Origin: Planctomycetota bacterium
GTDB taxonomy: Bacteria; Planctomycetota; GCA-002687715; DRQF01
Length of the DNA: 59,802 bases
Assembly: GCA_036479435.1 (NCBI GenBank)
Contig: JAZGFI010000018.1
Coordinates: 1-59,802, forward strand
Direction: 5' to 3'
Below the pieces are notes generated by a model, which did no database searches, was not told the origin of the DNA, and saw only the letters and a program-made list of their open reading frames with translations. This document shows positions 17,549-27,702 of the stretch, piece by piece. Within the stretch, counting starts at the first letter, position 1; each line of letters opens with the position of its first letter. A program made the translations under genes and the position numbers.

Positions 17549-19819
17549 ATGGAAGCGACTCCGTCACCCGGCAACATGAGTTCCGTCAACCGCGGTATTA
17601 CCGCGATGATCCTCTCCTTTGTGGCCCTCAGCTTGACCGCTAGTGTCTTGCCGCTGTGGCCGGGGATTCAAGAGCTGCTTCCTTTCGGGTTTTTGACCCG
17701 CGACCGCGCGATGGGCGGCTATGCCTTGGCACTGCTTGGGTTCATGGCCCTGCTGTTTCCCTTGTTTGTGCGTTGTCCGGAAAAAAGCCGGTCCATCGCT
17801 CCCTGGTGGTGGGTCGGCGGCTACGCGATCGTCTTTGCCAGCGTTCCCTTGTTCTTACTGGCATGGATTGCGGGAGTCCATCGCAACGGGGTACTGGCGA
17901 TCTTGCTATGGGCTGGCGTTTTTCACGGCGCCGTGTTGCTGCTGTTGCGCGCTCTGCGTTATCGCATGCGCTTGCTTATCGTCGCCGTCGGGGGGCTTTT
18001 TGCCTTTGCCTTCCCGTTGATTGACTTCTTTGAAGGACTACTCGGCGGGCAATCTCCGAAGTTCGAGTGGACGCCATTTTCCCGCGTGCTCTCGATCGTT
18101 TACGACTATGCACCGGTTTCTTTGCTCGTCCCCGGATTGACCTTCGCCGCCGTCCAGGTGACTCTTTGGTTGACGCGCGAGCGGCGCGGCAAAGACGAGC
18201 CCCGCAGGCCAAAAAACCAAGGGCCGAATTCCGCTGGCAGCAAAGTCGCGGCTAGCATCTTTGTTTTGGTCATCGCGGCCGGCAGCTTGGCCATGGCGTT
18301 CTACAAGGGGCCGGCAGCAGGAGCGACGAAACCCAGCGTCGCGGATTCGCTGCGCGTCATTCTTCCGAGTGGCAACGCTTTCGTCCCTGGTGCCAGCTAC
18401 CCGATCGGGCTGGTGGCTAAGGCTGGCGTCGGTGAACTAAAAGTGAAGGTTGCGTCGAGAGAGTTTTGGTCCTTCGAAGGAACGAATTCCGCGGCGCCAG
18501 TTTGGATTTATCCCCGTCTTCTCGAGGCCGGAGAGTCGATCGAGATCTTTGACAAGAGCGGTCGCTTGCTGCGGACCCTGAGCCCAAAGCCAACGCCGGG
18601 CCTGATCTTGGCCGTCGACGATGTCGCCAACTCGATGCCTGAGAATAGCAACGAGATGGTTCGCCTTCCGCACCTTGATTTGCCCGATTCTCATATCGGC
18701 TACGATCCTATCACCGCCGTTTGGATCCTAGACTCTGCTTGGCGCGCCTTGCCGCCCAGACAAAGTTCTGCTCTTGCCGACTGGGTTGGCCTCGGCGGCG
18801 ACGTCACCCGATTGGGAGCCAGCGAAAATTCAGAGAGGCGATGGGGCGACGGCCGTTACCACCTCCTGAAGTCTTTGACGCCGATTCTCAGTTCGCCGCC
18901 GAGAGTCCTGGCGCACGAAGCCCTGCACCAAAACTTGTACTCGAATTTCGCACTGCCGAATTGGGGGCGAGTGGACCTCAATCCCGTTTTGATTTTCCTG
19001 GCCATCTACCACCTGGTGTTCGCCCTGATCTTTTTGCTCCCCCTGTACTTAGACGGCAAAAAGAGCTTAGCGGTCTATTTGATATCGGTGGGATTCGTCT
19101 TGGCCTTGGTGGTCGTCGGTGCCCAGTACGCACTCAAAAAGGTCTTTTTCACCGACACTCAGATTTTGCAGCAAAGCCTCGAAGTCTTGGTGGTACGGGG
19201 GGAAGGGCGTGACACCTTGCTCCAGCGCGACGAACTCGCGTGTTTCGCATCCTTCAATGGGGCTCCGGGGGATCTCAGCTTTGATCGCGCGTTTGCCCCG
19301 CGGCCTCTTTTCGAAAACCGTGCCCAGGGTTCAGGATCGGTACGAGTCGACGGGGATCGCCTAAAGTTCGAAAACGTTCGTTTGGATCGATTTCGGCGCA
19401 AGCAGATTTTCCTGCTGCGATCGCTGGAGGAAGCCCCGTTTACTTGGACGCAAAAGGCCGATGAATTCGTTTTGGAGCCGAAACTCGGGCAAAAAGACAG
19501 CGCGAGATTTTGGGCGGCGAAGCCCTTGGTGGCCTTTGCCCGGCTGAATGGGCGTCTTCATCGAGCGTCCTACCAAGGTGGGCGTCTCAAAGTCGATAAG
19601 ATGCCCGATCCCGCATCTTGGCAGGGGGTCCTCCCGCAGAAGATTCGCAAGGACAACGGCATTCCCTTCCTCCGTCATGTTCTCGGCCGCTACGCGCCGC
19701 CGCAAAAACCGGTCGCGGTCGTGCTCTTTTCGGGGCTCCGTGGTCTTCATCAAGGGGAGGGCTATCTGCTGCGCAGAGACATCCTTCAGCTGCTGATCTT
19801 GCCTTTTGACGCGCCATAG
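17549..19819 (+). CDS. Multi-pass membrane protein of unknown function
   Basis: About 7 N-terminal TM helices, a soluble domain (GYDPITAVW...ALADWVGLGG), two further TMs and a soluble C-terminus. Confidence 0.75.
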   Translation: MEATPSPGNMSSVNRGITAMILSFVALSLTASVLPLWPGIQELLPFGFLTRDRAMGGYALALLGFMALLFPLFVRCPEKSRSIAPWWWVGGYAIVFASVPLFLLAWIAGVHRNGVLAILLWAGVFHGAVLLLLRALRYRMRLLIVAVGGLFAFAFPLIDFFEGLLGGQSPKFEWTPFSRVLSIVYDYAPVSLLVPGLTFAAVQVTLWLTRERRGKDEPRRPKNQGPNSAGSKVAASIFVLVIAAGSLAMAFYKGPAAGATKPSVADSLRVILPSGNAFVPGASYPIGLVAKAGVGELKVKVASREFWSFEGTNSAAPVWIYPRLLEAGESIEIFDKSGRLLRTLSPKPTPGLILAVDDVANSMPENSNEMVRLPHLDLPDSHIGYDPITAVWILDSAWRALPPRQSSALADWVGLGGDVTRLGASENSERRWGDGRYHLLKSLTPILSSPPRVLAHEALHQNLYSNFALPNWGRVDLNPVLIFLAIYHLVFALIFLLPLYLDGKKSLAVYLISVGFVLALVVVGAQYALKKVFFTDTQILQQSLEVLVVRGEGRDTLLQRDELACFASFNGAPGDLSFDRAFAPRPLFENRAQGSGSVRVDGDRLKFENVRLDRFRRKQIFLLRSLEEAPFTWTQKADEFVLEPKLGQKDSARFWAAKPLVAFARLNGRLHRASYQGGRLKVDKMPDPASWQGVLPQKIRKDNGIPFLRHVLGRYAPPQKPVAVVLFSGLRGLHQGEGYLLRRDILQLLILPFDAP

Positions 19820-19911
19820 AGGGAAAATTTGTGCTTAAATCGTTGGGGCTGAGTTGCTTGTGTCGGTTTCGGGCGATTGTGGCCCCGGGGCAAATCTTCC
19901 CAGGGGCAGGG

Positions 19912-19939
19912 TTGAGGCTCGAACTCGCCCTGCTATTAT
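19912..19939 (+). promoter_or_regulatory. Putative sigma70 promoter of rplM-rpsI
   Basis: TTGAGG-16-TATTAT with extended TG. Confidence 0.5.
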
Positions 19940-20004
19940 CTTCGTCCCTCTGGCGGGCTTGGGGCCCGAAGCAGAAGTCATCCGCGACAAAGAGATTGCG
20001 AACA

Positions 20005-20445
20005 ATGAAGTCATTCGTGGCAAAAAGCGCCGAAACTGATCGTGAATGGCATCACGTCGATGCGACCGATCAGATCTTGGGGCGCCTCGCGGTTCGGGTC
20101 GCGCAGGTCTTGATGGGCAAGCACCGACCGACCTACACCCCCGGTGTTGATACCGGCGATTTCGTGGTGATCACGAACGCCGAGAACATCCGGGTGACCG
20201 GTCGCAAAGCCGAACAAAAGGTTTACCGTCACCACACGCAGTGGATCGGTGGCCTCAAAGAGATCTCTTATCGCACCATGATGGAAAGACACCCCGAGCG
20301 CATCATTGAGCTCGCGGTGCGCCGCATGCTGCCCAAGACCAAGCTCGGTCGTAAGATGCTCTCGAAGTTGAAGGTCTACGCTGGACCTGACCATCCGCAC
20401 ACTGCGCAAAACCCGTCGCCCTCGACCCTAAGAGCTAAGGAATAA
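20005..20445 (+). CDS. rplM: 50S ribosomal protein L13
   Basis: WHHVDA, LGRLA, GKHRPTYTP, RMLPKTKLG, LKVYAG. Confidence 0.98.
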   Translation: MKSFVAKSAETDREWHHVDATDQILGRLAVRVAQVLMGKHRPTYTPGVDTGDFVVITNAENIRVTGRKAEQKVYRHHTQWIGGLKEISYRTMMERHPERIIELAVRRMLPKTKLGRKMLSKLKVYAGPDHPHTAQNPSPSTLRAKE

Positions 20446-20448
20446 CAC

Positions 20449-20847
20449 GTGGCCGTAGACACCACTTTCACTTGGGGCACGGGACGCCGTAAATCATCGG
20501 TCGCCCGCGTCCGGATCAAGCCGGGCACCGGCTCCTTCACCATCAACAAACGCCAGATGACGGAGTTCTTTCCGCGTCCGGATCACAAGTACGAATGCAC
20601 TTCACCCCTCAACGACACCGACTCTCGGGAACGCTTCGACATCTTCGTCAACGTTCGCGGTGGCGGACTGAGCGGTCAAGCCGGGGCCATCCGAATGGGA
20701 TTGGCCCGCGCTTTGTGCAAGATCGATGAGAGCCTTATTCCCGAGCTTCGCGCGAACGATCACACGACGCGTGATAGTCGCATGAAAGAGCGCAAGAAGT
20801 ACGGTCTGGCCGGCGCTCGCCGAGCCTTCCAGTTCTCGAAAAGATAG
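20449..20847 (+). CDS. rpsI: 30S ribosomal protein S9
   Basis: GTGRRKSSVARV, GGGLSGQAGAIR, ERKKYG...QFSKR. Confidence 0.98.
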   Translation: MAVDTTFTWGTGRRKSSVARVRIKPGTGSFTINKRQMTEFFPRPDHKYECTSPLNDTDSRERFDIFVNVRGGGLSGQAGAIRMGLARALCKIDESLIPELRANDHTTRDSRMKERKKYGLAGARRAFQFSKR

Positions 20848-20896
20848 GCCTCGGTCTAAGACTCCGCTTTCCAGCGGGTCTCAATGTCTCAAACAC

Positions 20897-20936
20897 CCGG
20901 CGACCAAGGTCCTTCACCTCGGTCGCCGGTTTTTTT
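20897..20936 (+). terminator. Intrinsic terminator after rpsI
   Basis: CCGGCGACC...GGTCGCCGG stem followed by T7. Confidence 0.85.
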
Positions 20937-20963
20937 GTGGGCCTTGATGGCCTTCTATTTTGC

Positions 20964-23015
20964 TCATCGGTAGCGATTCTTTAGGTCCCGAAGCCGCCTT
21001 GGGCCCGGCGGGTCGAGCTTGCAGATGCGGGGCTGGGTTCGAATGAGGAGTTCTTCCAGGGCTCCGTAGTCACTGCGGCCCGAGACCACCAAGATTCTGA
21101 GTTCGTCCGGCAAAGACCACTCTTCTTCGAGGATGTGCTCCGCCAAGACGCCGGGTGCGATCAAGAGTCGGTATTTGCCCAGAGTCACCAAAGTTGCGCG
21201 GGTCGGTGCCGACTTGAACAGTGGTTCGAGGCTAAAGGGACCGAAGAGACGTTGAGGGCTTTGTTCTCCAGCCGCCGATGATCCACCGGAAGGGTAGAGG
21301 AGCGGTTGCCGCGGCCCGATCCACAAACAAGAACTACCGAGTCTGCTCGCGCGACCTTCAAGGGCCGCAGCTTTTTCTCGCGGATCTATCGGTGACGCCG
21401 ATGGAAAGAACAAAGCGTGCTGGCCAGCCGCGATGAAGGTGGTGCCACGAGCTTTTTTGAATTGAAGCCGGGGTGGGGCTGGGGCGCTCACCATCGCCAC
21501 GAGGCAGACGACTAGGGGGACGAGTGGAGCCGTGCCGACTCGTCGCGGTGGCGAGACCTGGGCGTTCAAGCGCAAGGCGAGATAAAGCAAGCTGGTGATG
21601 AAGGCCAACAGCGCCCAATCGTCCGGGGCCGTCACGGCGACTTGTCCTCCGGGGATCTTCGCAATCACTCCGGCAAGCCAAAAAAAGGCATCACTTAGCC
21701 CTTCGGCTGCGAAGCCTAGATCCCACAGCAAAGTTAGCGGAAAGAGCAGCAAGAGTGCTGCCACTAGGGGTAACAGCAACAGGCTCGATGCGAGACTCGC
21801 CGGTGCCAGAGTCGCGAAGATGCCAAGGGCCGCTGGTGCGGTTCCAAGCAGCGCACCGGTGCCCACCGCCGCGTGCCGACCTAGTCTTTGGGACCAGGGT
21901 CTTGGATTTAGCTGGGATTCCAGCTGATCCAGCGAATCCTTACTCTGTTGGCGCCCCGGAAATAGCGGTATTCCGATCCACAAGATCCCGCCGAGGGCCG
22001 AAAAGGACAGCAAAAATCCGAGGTCCTTGGCAAGTCCCGGCGAAAGGGCCAAAGCAACGGTTGCCGTGGCCAGCAAAGTCCAGCCAGCTGAGAACGCGCG
22101 GCACCTTCGGCGCGCGATGAGGGCCATGAGCAACATGCCCGCAGCTCTAAGAGCGGGTGGGCGTGCGCCGCTGAGCAAGGCGTAAAAAACGACGCCGGCC
22201 GCCAAGGCCGGGGCCCGAATCGGGTAGGGCAGAGGCAATGCGAGCAGCAACAGAGCCAGCAAGCCCAAGTGCAAGCCGCTCACGGAAAGAAAGTGGGCCG
22301 CGCCGGCTTGGCGCAAGGTGCCGGCATCGGCCGACAAACGAAAACGCTCCCCAAGAATCAAAGACCTCGCAAGTGCTGCCGCCCGCGGGCTAAGTTGACG
22401 ATCGAAGCGGCGGCCTAAATAGCTCCGCCAGGCGCCGAACTGTCTCGCGAGGCCGCCGTAGTAGTCCCGATCCCAAGTGATGCCGCGGGCGTCGCGCACC
22501 CGCAAGTAAAGCCGTCCTCGGTAGCTGCGCATCTCCGCGGTAAAACTAATCCCCACTCCCGCCAAGGGGGCCGGCATGCCGTCTGGCAGGCGCAGTTGAG
22601 CTGTTCCCAAAGGATGGGGGCCGACACCTTCCATGATGAGGTCGTTCAGTTGGACGGTGATGATGTCCGGCGGGTGGAGCGAATCTGGCGACGCGGACAA
22701 ATGACCGTATCCCGGGCGCCGCCAATGATCTCCAGTTTGGGCCTTCCCGGAAACGATGCCGCTCAGTCCTTGGGGCCAAACTTGCTCGGTTTCGTGCCGA
22801 GTGTGAAAGCAACCCAGGCTAAATCCGAAACCGATCATCAGGTAAAATGAAATCTGAAGCCTTGGGCCTAGCCCCGGTTGAGAGGCGAAGACAAGGCCAA
22901 GAAACATCATCGCCGCGCACAACAAAAGCCAGCGCGATCCGGCGTGCCCAATCCAAGGGCCAGCGACCGCTCCCAGGACGAATGACGGCATGAGTCCCAA
23001 CATCGCTCGCGGCAA
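20964..23015 (-). CDS. comEC: ComEC/Rec2 competence membrane protein
   Basis: AHFLSVSGLHLG, SGARPPALRA, GFLLSFSA; TTG start 7 nt after AAGGAGG; C-terminal region degenerate. Confidence 0.85.
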   Translation of the reverse strand: MPRAMLGLMPSFVLGAVAGPWIGHAGSRWLLLCAAMMFLGLVFASQPGLGPRLQISFYLMIGFGFSLGCFHTRHETEQVWPQGLSGIVSGKAQTGDHWRRPGYGHLSASPDSLHPPDIITVQLNDLIMEGVGPHPLGTAQLRLPDGMPAPLAGVGISFTAEMRSYRGRLYLRVRDARGITWDRDYYGGLARQFGAWRSYLGRRFDRQLSPRAAALARSLILGERFRLSADAGTLRQAGAAHFLSVSGLHLGLLALLLLALPLPYPIRAPALAAGVVFYALLSGARPPALRAAGMLLMALIARRRCRAFSAGWTLLATATVALALSPGLAKDLGFLLSFSALGGILWIGIPLFPGRQQSKDSLDQLESQLNPRPWSQRLGRHAAVGTGALLGTAPAALGIFATLAPASLASSLLLLPLVAALLLLFPLTLLWDLGFAAEGLSDAFFWLAGVIAKIPGGQVAVTAPDDWALLAFITSLLYLALRLNAQVSPPRRVGTAPLVPLVVCLVAMVSAPAPPRLQFKKARGTTFIAAGQHALFFPSASPIDPREKAAALEGRASRLGSSCLWIGPRQPLLYPSGGSSAAGEQSPQRLFGPFSLEPLFKSAPTRATLVTLGKYRLLIAPGVLAEHILEEEWSLPDELRILVVSGRSDYGALEELLIRTQPRICKLDPPGPRRLRDLKNRYR

Positions 23016-23125
23016 ATCGAAGCCTCCTTCTCTTTGGACGTAAAGAAGGGGCGTTCGGATCGCGATTCCCGATTTCTCGCAAAACTTGGCGGGGCTCGCC
23101 CGCAAGAGCTATCGCCGTCTGCGAG

Positions 23126-25162
23126 CTAAGAAGAGTGGATAGGAAGCGTGATGTTGACTGTGGTGCCTTCACCGACGGCACTGTGAATGGAAATCGTGCC
23201 GCCGTAGCCCTCGACGGTCTTCTTGGCGATGGCGAGGCCGAGCCCCGTCCCGGAGTTTCGCGTCGTGAAGTAAGGTTCGAACAGTCGGTTTTCCGTGTCC
23301 TTAGAAATCCCGCAGCCGGTGTCCTTGAAACGGATATCAACCACCGAGCCGCGTTCTTTGTCCTCAATGGTTAGGGCGCTCACGACCAAAGAGCCGCCGT
23401 CGAGCATGGCTTCAAAGGCGTTGTTGAAGAGGTTCAAAAACACGCGTTTGATCTCACCGGCGTCGACCAAAACCTCAACGTCAGCACTGGCCAAAGCCTC
23501 CATGCTCACGTCGATCTGTTCGCCGTCATCGCGGCCGCGGTTTTGATAGAGGGCCACGCAAGACTCGATGATCTTGAGGATGCGCAGGGGCTTGGGGTCG
23601 ACCTTGGGGAAAGAGGCGAAATCCGAAAACTCCGAAGCGATGACGCGCAAACTTTCGGTTTGCTCAACGATGTTGCCGAGGCTCGTCTCGAGGATCTGAT
23701 CGAAGTCCGGATGCTGATCGCTGTGCGCGCGATGGATGAGCTGGGCCGACAACTTGATGGGAGTGAGAGGGTTTTTGATCTCGTGGGCGACTTGTCGCGC
23801 CATCTCTTGCCATGCCTCGGTCTTTTGGGCCTTGATCAGTTTCTTCTCCGACTCCTTCAAGTTTTCGGCCATCGTGTTGAAGGTCGCGCCAAGTTCTTCG
23901 AGTTCGTCGTTGCTGTTGATCTGCACCCTGGCGTCGAGGTTTCCTCGGGCGATTTCATCGGCCTGCTGTGTGAGCGATTTTAAGGGCCGCACTAATCGGG
24001 GTGCGAAGAAAAAGATCAAGGCAATGACGGCGGCGGTCACTAAAAGGCCAACGAGAATAGTGAGGTTTCTGAGCCTCGTCACCTCTGTCAAAAAGTCGCT
24101 TTCGTTGATGCCGAATCCGAGTCGCCATCCCGTGTCCTTAACCGGTGCAAATCCGGAGACCTTCACCTGCAAGTAATTGTAGCGTTTGACGCCCGAGGGC
24201 TCAGCCAACATTGCCTCGCGCAGCTCGGTGAGCTGAAAATCGTCCACCAATTTCAACTCGTAGTTGTTCAAGTAAAAGTGCCCGATGATGGTGTCCAGGT
24301 CATCGCGAAACATGAAAGTGTAAGCCGATGAATAGCGCGGGTGATTCGCGAACTGCTCGTTGACTTCGTCGAGCTCGGCTTGCACGGCCGACCAGTTGTG
24401 AAAGGCGACCAGGATTGCCTGGTGCTGGCCGGGTCCGGCCGGTTGGGGGGCGCTGCCATCGGAAGGGAAGGGGATGCCGGTCGCATATCCGTAGCTATAG
24501 GCTTCGGGGTTCTTCAGGCGCTCGCGGTCCGCCATGTCGGCTTTGTCGTCGAGGAAAGTCGGGTAGGCGTAGCTCGTAAGAACATGCTGTTCGCGGTGAA
24601 AGTCAATAAAAGTAAGTGCACCGTCACGAGCCGCTGGCCACCAAAATCGGTCAGCCATGACTTTGCCTTGAAGCGGGTTGCTTTTTTCTTGGCCGCTCCA
24701 AAGGCTCGCTTCAAGTTGTTGGGGGACTTCAGCGAAGGGCCCCGAGAGGGTTGAACGAGCCTTGTTGTTAGTGACGACGATACGCCCGTCAAGGTCGATG
24801 ACGGCCACGATGTCGACCGTCCCGAGGATCTGCACCCAGTTGTTCAGATCGCGACGGATCGCCGATTCTGCGGCGTCATAGGCGAGGTCGCCCTGCACCG
24901 ACGAAAACAAAGCATCGACGTTGTCGCGGAGGTTGCCGGAGTTCGCGAGCAAAGAAGTGCTATCGCGATCGCCCCTCACTTTGATGTTGATACGGCTAGC
25001 GCTGTCTTCGGCGACGCGCTTGACGAAGAACTCAATCGAAGTTTCGGTCATCGAATCGCGGGCGATTCGGTAGGCAGTAAATCCGAGCACCGCCATCGGG
25101 ATGATCCCAAGGCACAAAAAGATGAACGCGAGTTTGAAGGTCAAACCTCGGCGGCGCTTCAA
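23126..25162 (-). CDS. Sensor histidine kinase (NtrY-like H-box; periplasmic sensor, HAMP, HisKA, HATPase)
   Basis: AWQEMARQVAHEIKNPLTPI, NLFNNA, DTGCGI, FEPYFTT, GTGLGL; TTG start just behind the metG stop. Confidence 0.92.
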   Translation of the reverse strand: MKRRRGLTFKLAFIFLCLGIIPMAVLGFTAYRIARDSMTETSIEFFVKRVAEDSASRINIKVRGDRDSTSLLANSGNLRDNVDALFSSVQGDLAYDAAESAIRRDLNNWVQILGTVDIVAVIDLDGRIVVTNNKARSTLSGPFAEVPQQLEASLWSGQEKSNPLQGKVMADRFWWPAARDGALTFIDFHREQHVLTSYAYPTFLDDKADMADRERLKNPEAYSYGYATGIPFPSDGSAPQPAGPGQHQAILVAFHNWSAVQAELDEVNEQFANHPRYSSAYTFMFRDDLDTIIGHFYLNNYELKLVDDFQLTELREAMLAEPSGVKRYNYLQVKVSGFAPVKDTGWRLGFGINESDFLTEVTRLRNLTILVGLLVTAAVIALIFFFAPRLVRPLKSLTQQADEIARGNLDARVQINSNDELEELGATFNTMAENLKESEKKLIKAQKTEAWQEMARQVAHEIKNPLTPIKLSAQLIHRAHSDQHPDFDQILETSLGNIVEQTESLRVIASEFSDFASFPKVDPKPLRILKIIESCVALYQNRGRDDGEQIDVSMEALASADVEVLVDAGEIKRVFLNLFNNAFEAMLDGGSLVVSALTIEDKERGSVVDIRFKDTGCGISKDTENRLFEPYFTTRNSGTGLGLAIAKKTVEGYGGTISIHSAVGEGTTVNITLPIHSS

Positions 25163-25163
25163 G

Positions 25164-26732
25164 TCAGTCGGCCTCCTCAAGTTCGAGGCGGGGGAACACG
25201 GGGCTGATCTTTTCAAGCTGGGTGCCGGGTTTCAGGAGGCCGAAATCCGCATCGCTGAGACGGAGCGCGGAGGCGTCGATCTCGGACTTCAACACTTTGC
25301 GAATTTCGGCCATCTTGCGCGGCATGAAGGGATGTAAGAGAACGCTGGCAATTCGGCAGGCCTCGGCCAGGTCATAAAGAACGCGGTCCAAGCGGTCTTT
25401 TTTGCTCTCGTCTTTGGCGAGCGCCCAGGGCGCCTCTTGATCGACGAGGAGATTGGCGCGATCGACGATGCTCATGGCGCCTTCGATGGCTCCTTTGAGA
25501 TCAAGCGTGGCCATAGAGATACGCAAGGCCTTTCGTGCGTTCTCGGCCGCGTCGGCGATGAGCGACGGTTCGTTGGCGCTGGGATCGGGAACAAGGCCGT
25601 CGCGGTACTTGACAATCATCGAAATCGTTCGCGAAACGAGGTTGCCGAGTCCGTTGGCGAGTTCCGCATTCGAGCGTACCACCAAGCGCTCGGCGGTGTA
25701 CTCCAGGTCCCGTCCGAAACTCGTTTCGGCCATCAAGTAGTAACGCAAAGCGTCGACGCCGAATTGCTCGCTGAGTTCGATGGGATCGACGCGCGTGCCC
25801 ATGGTCTTGGACATGCGGTTCTTGCCCATGTTCACAAAGCCATGACCGAAGATCTTCTTTGGCAACGGCAACCCGGCGCTCGCCAACATTGCCGGCCAAA
25901 TCACGCAGTGAAAACGCGTGATGTCTTTGCCGATGAGGTGAAGGTCGGCGGGCCAATAGCGTTCGTACTTCGGCTGGTTCTCGGGCCAACCCGTCGCCGA
26001 GACGTAGTTGATAAGGGCGTCAAACCAAACGTAGATGACCGCGTCTTCGTCAAAGGGAAGCGGGATGCCCCAATTCGCGGATTCACGCGAAATGCTGATG
26101 TCATGGAGGCCGCTGCGCAGAAGCTCGAGCATCTCGTTGCGGCGCACGACGGGCTGCACGAAGTCGGGGTTGTTTTCGTAGTGCTCCAACAGAAAGCCGT
26201 TGTATTTTGACAGGTTGAAGAAGTAGTTCGATTCTTCGAGCCAAGTGAGTTCAGAGCCGGGGTGTTCGGGGCAACGTTGGCTGGGCTTTCCGCCTTTCGC
26301 CTCGACTTCTTCGAGATCGCCTTCGTTTTTGAAGGCCTCGCACCCGGCGCAGTACCAGCCTTTGTACTTGTCTTTCCTGATGTCACCGGCGGCATGAATG
26401 CGCCCAATGATCTCGCGCACGGTCGCCTTGTGCCGATCTTCGGTGGTCCGGATGAAGTCGTCGAACTCGACGTCCAGAGCCGCCCAGGCTTTTTGGAACT
26501 CGACCTCCATCTGGTCACAGTGCTCTAAGGCGCTGAGCCCTTTCTCGCGAGCTGCGATCTCGACTTTGAGGCTGTGCTCATCATTTCCCATCAAAAACAG
26601 AACATCGTCGCCCTCTAAGCGGCGGAACCTCGCAATCGCGTCAGCGCAGATCTTTTCGTAGGCCGTGCCGAGGTGGGGACGGCTGTTGACGTAGTCGATG
26701 GCCGTGGTGATGTAGTAAGGCTGGCTGCTCAT
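25164..26732 (-). CDS. metG: Methionyl-tRNA synthetase (short form, no C-terminal dimerisation domain)
   Basis: YITTAIDYVN..PHLG, YVWFDAL, GKDITRFH, RMSKT. Confidence 0.96.
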   Translation of the reverse strand: MSSQPYYITTAIDYVNSRPHLGTAYEKICADAIARFRRLEGDDVLFLMGNDEHSLKVEIAAREKGLSALEHCDQMEVEFQKAWAALDVEFDDFIRTTEDRHKATVREIIGRIHAAGDIRKDKYKGWYCAGCEAFKNEGDLEEVEAKGGKPSQRCPEHPGSELTWLEESNYFFNLSKYNGFLLEHYENNPDFVQPVVRRNEMLELLRSGLHDISISRESANWGIPLPFDEDAVIYVWFDALINYVSATGWPENQPKYERYWPADLHLIGKDITRFHCVIWPAMLASAGLPLPKKIFGHGFVNMGKNRMSKTMGTRVDPIELSEQFGVDALRYYLMAETSFGRDLEYTAERLVVRSNAELANGLGNLVSRTISMIVKYRDGLVPDPSANEPSLIADAAENARKALRISMATLDLKGAIEGAMSIVDRANLLVDQEAPWALAKDESKKDRLDRVLYDLAEACRIASVLLHPFMPRKMAEIRKVLKSEIDASALRLSDADFGLLKPGTQLEKISPVFPRLELEEAD

Positions 26733-26825
26733 GGTGGCAAAGGGTCTCTTTCTCAACTCCAGGGCGTTATAGTACCTGACGAAGGCTTAGCCTTCACACC
26801 CCAGCGATGCCTTTAGGAGCGGCGC

Positions 26826-27311
26826 GTGACCAAACGAGTCTTATTTCCCGGAAGTTTCGACCCTTGCACGCTGGGCCACTTGGACCTCATTCAGCGCGCT
26901 TGTCGCCAGTTTGACGAGGTCGTGGTCGCCGTTGGCGTCAATGTCGAAAAGAAGACCCTCTTCGGCGGCGATGAACGCGTGGAGTTGCTGGAGGCGATGG
27001 TCGCTGGCCTAATGGGCGTGCGTGTGGTTCAGTTTTCCGGTCTTACGGTGCGCTGCGCCGAGCGCGAGAGCTGCCAGGCGATTCTGCGCGGAGTCCGCAA
27101 CGCCACAGATTTTGAGTATGAACTGCAGATGGGCCTGACCAATCGCGTTTTGGCCCCCGACCTTGAGACCATCTGTTTGTTTCCCGACCAGCGTTTCACC
27201 CACCTTTCGAGCCGGTTGATTCGCGAGGTCTACCGTTTTGGGGGCGAAACCCTCGAGTTTTTGGCTCCCGCTGTCTCAGCGCGCATGAAGGAGAAGTTCC
27301 GTGTCGACTAG
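26826..27311 (+). CDS. coaD: Phosphopantetheine adenylyltransferase
   Basis: FPGSFDPCTLGHLD, RGVR..TDFEYE, LSSRLIRE. Confidence 0.96.
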   Translation: MTKRVLFPGSFDPCTLGHLDLIQRACRQFDEVVVAVGVNVEKKTLFGGDERVELLEAMVAGLMGVRVVQFSGLTVRCAERESCQAILRGVRNATDFEYELQMGLTNRVLAPDLETICLFPDQRFTHLSSRLIREVYRFGGETLEFLAPAVSARMKEKFRVD

Positions 27312-27699
27312 GAAAATCGTGGCGAGCGAAGACGCTCCAGGTGCCCTCGGCCCCTACTCCCAAGCCGTGGTCTACGGCGGCCTCGTCTACTGTTCGGGCC
27401 AAGTCGCACTCGACCCCAAATCGGGCGAAGTCGTGGCTTCGGATATCGCCGCCCAAACTGAACGCGTCTTAAACAACCTCCGCGCCGTCTTAGAGGCGGC
27501 GGGTTCGTCTTTGAATGGGGTGCTTAAGACCACCGTTTACATGACCGATCTCACCGAGTTCGGAACCATGAACGAAGTCTACGCCCGCTTTTTCGAAAAG
27601 AGCCTCCCCGCCCGGGCGACGGTCGAAGTCTCACGGCTGCCCAAAAACGTCCGGGTCGAGATCGACTGCATCGCCATTTCCAAGAGTGTGAACGACTAA
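27301..27699 (+). CDS. ridA: RidA/YjgF enamine-imine deaminase
   Basis: APGALGPYSQAV, SGQV, MNEVY, PARATVEV..LP. Confidence 0.92.
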   Translation: MSTRKIVASEDAPGALGPYSQAVVYGGLVYCSGQVALDPKSGEVVASDIAAQTERVLNNLRAVLEAAGSSLNGVLKTTVYMTDLTEFGTMNEVYARFFEKSLPARATVEVSRLPKNVRVEIDCIAISKSVND

Positions 27700-27702
27700 T
27701 CC

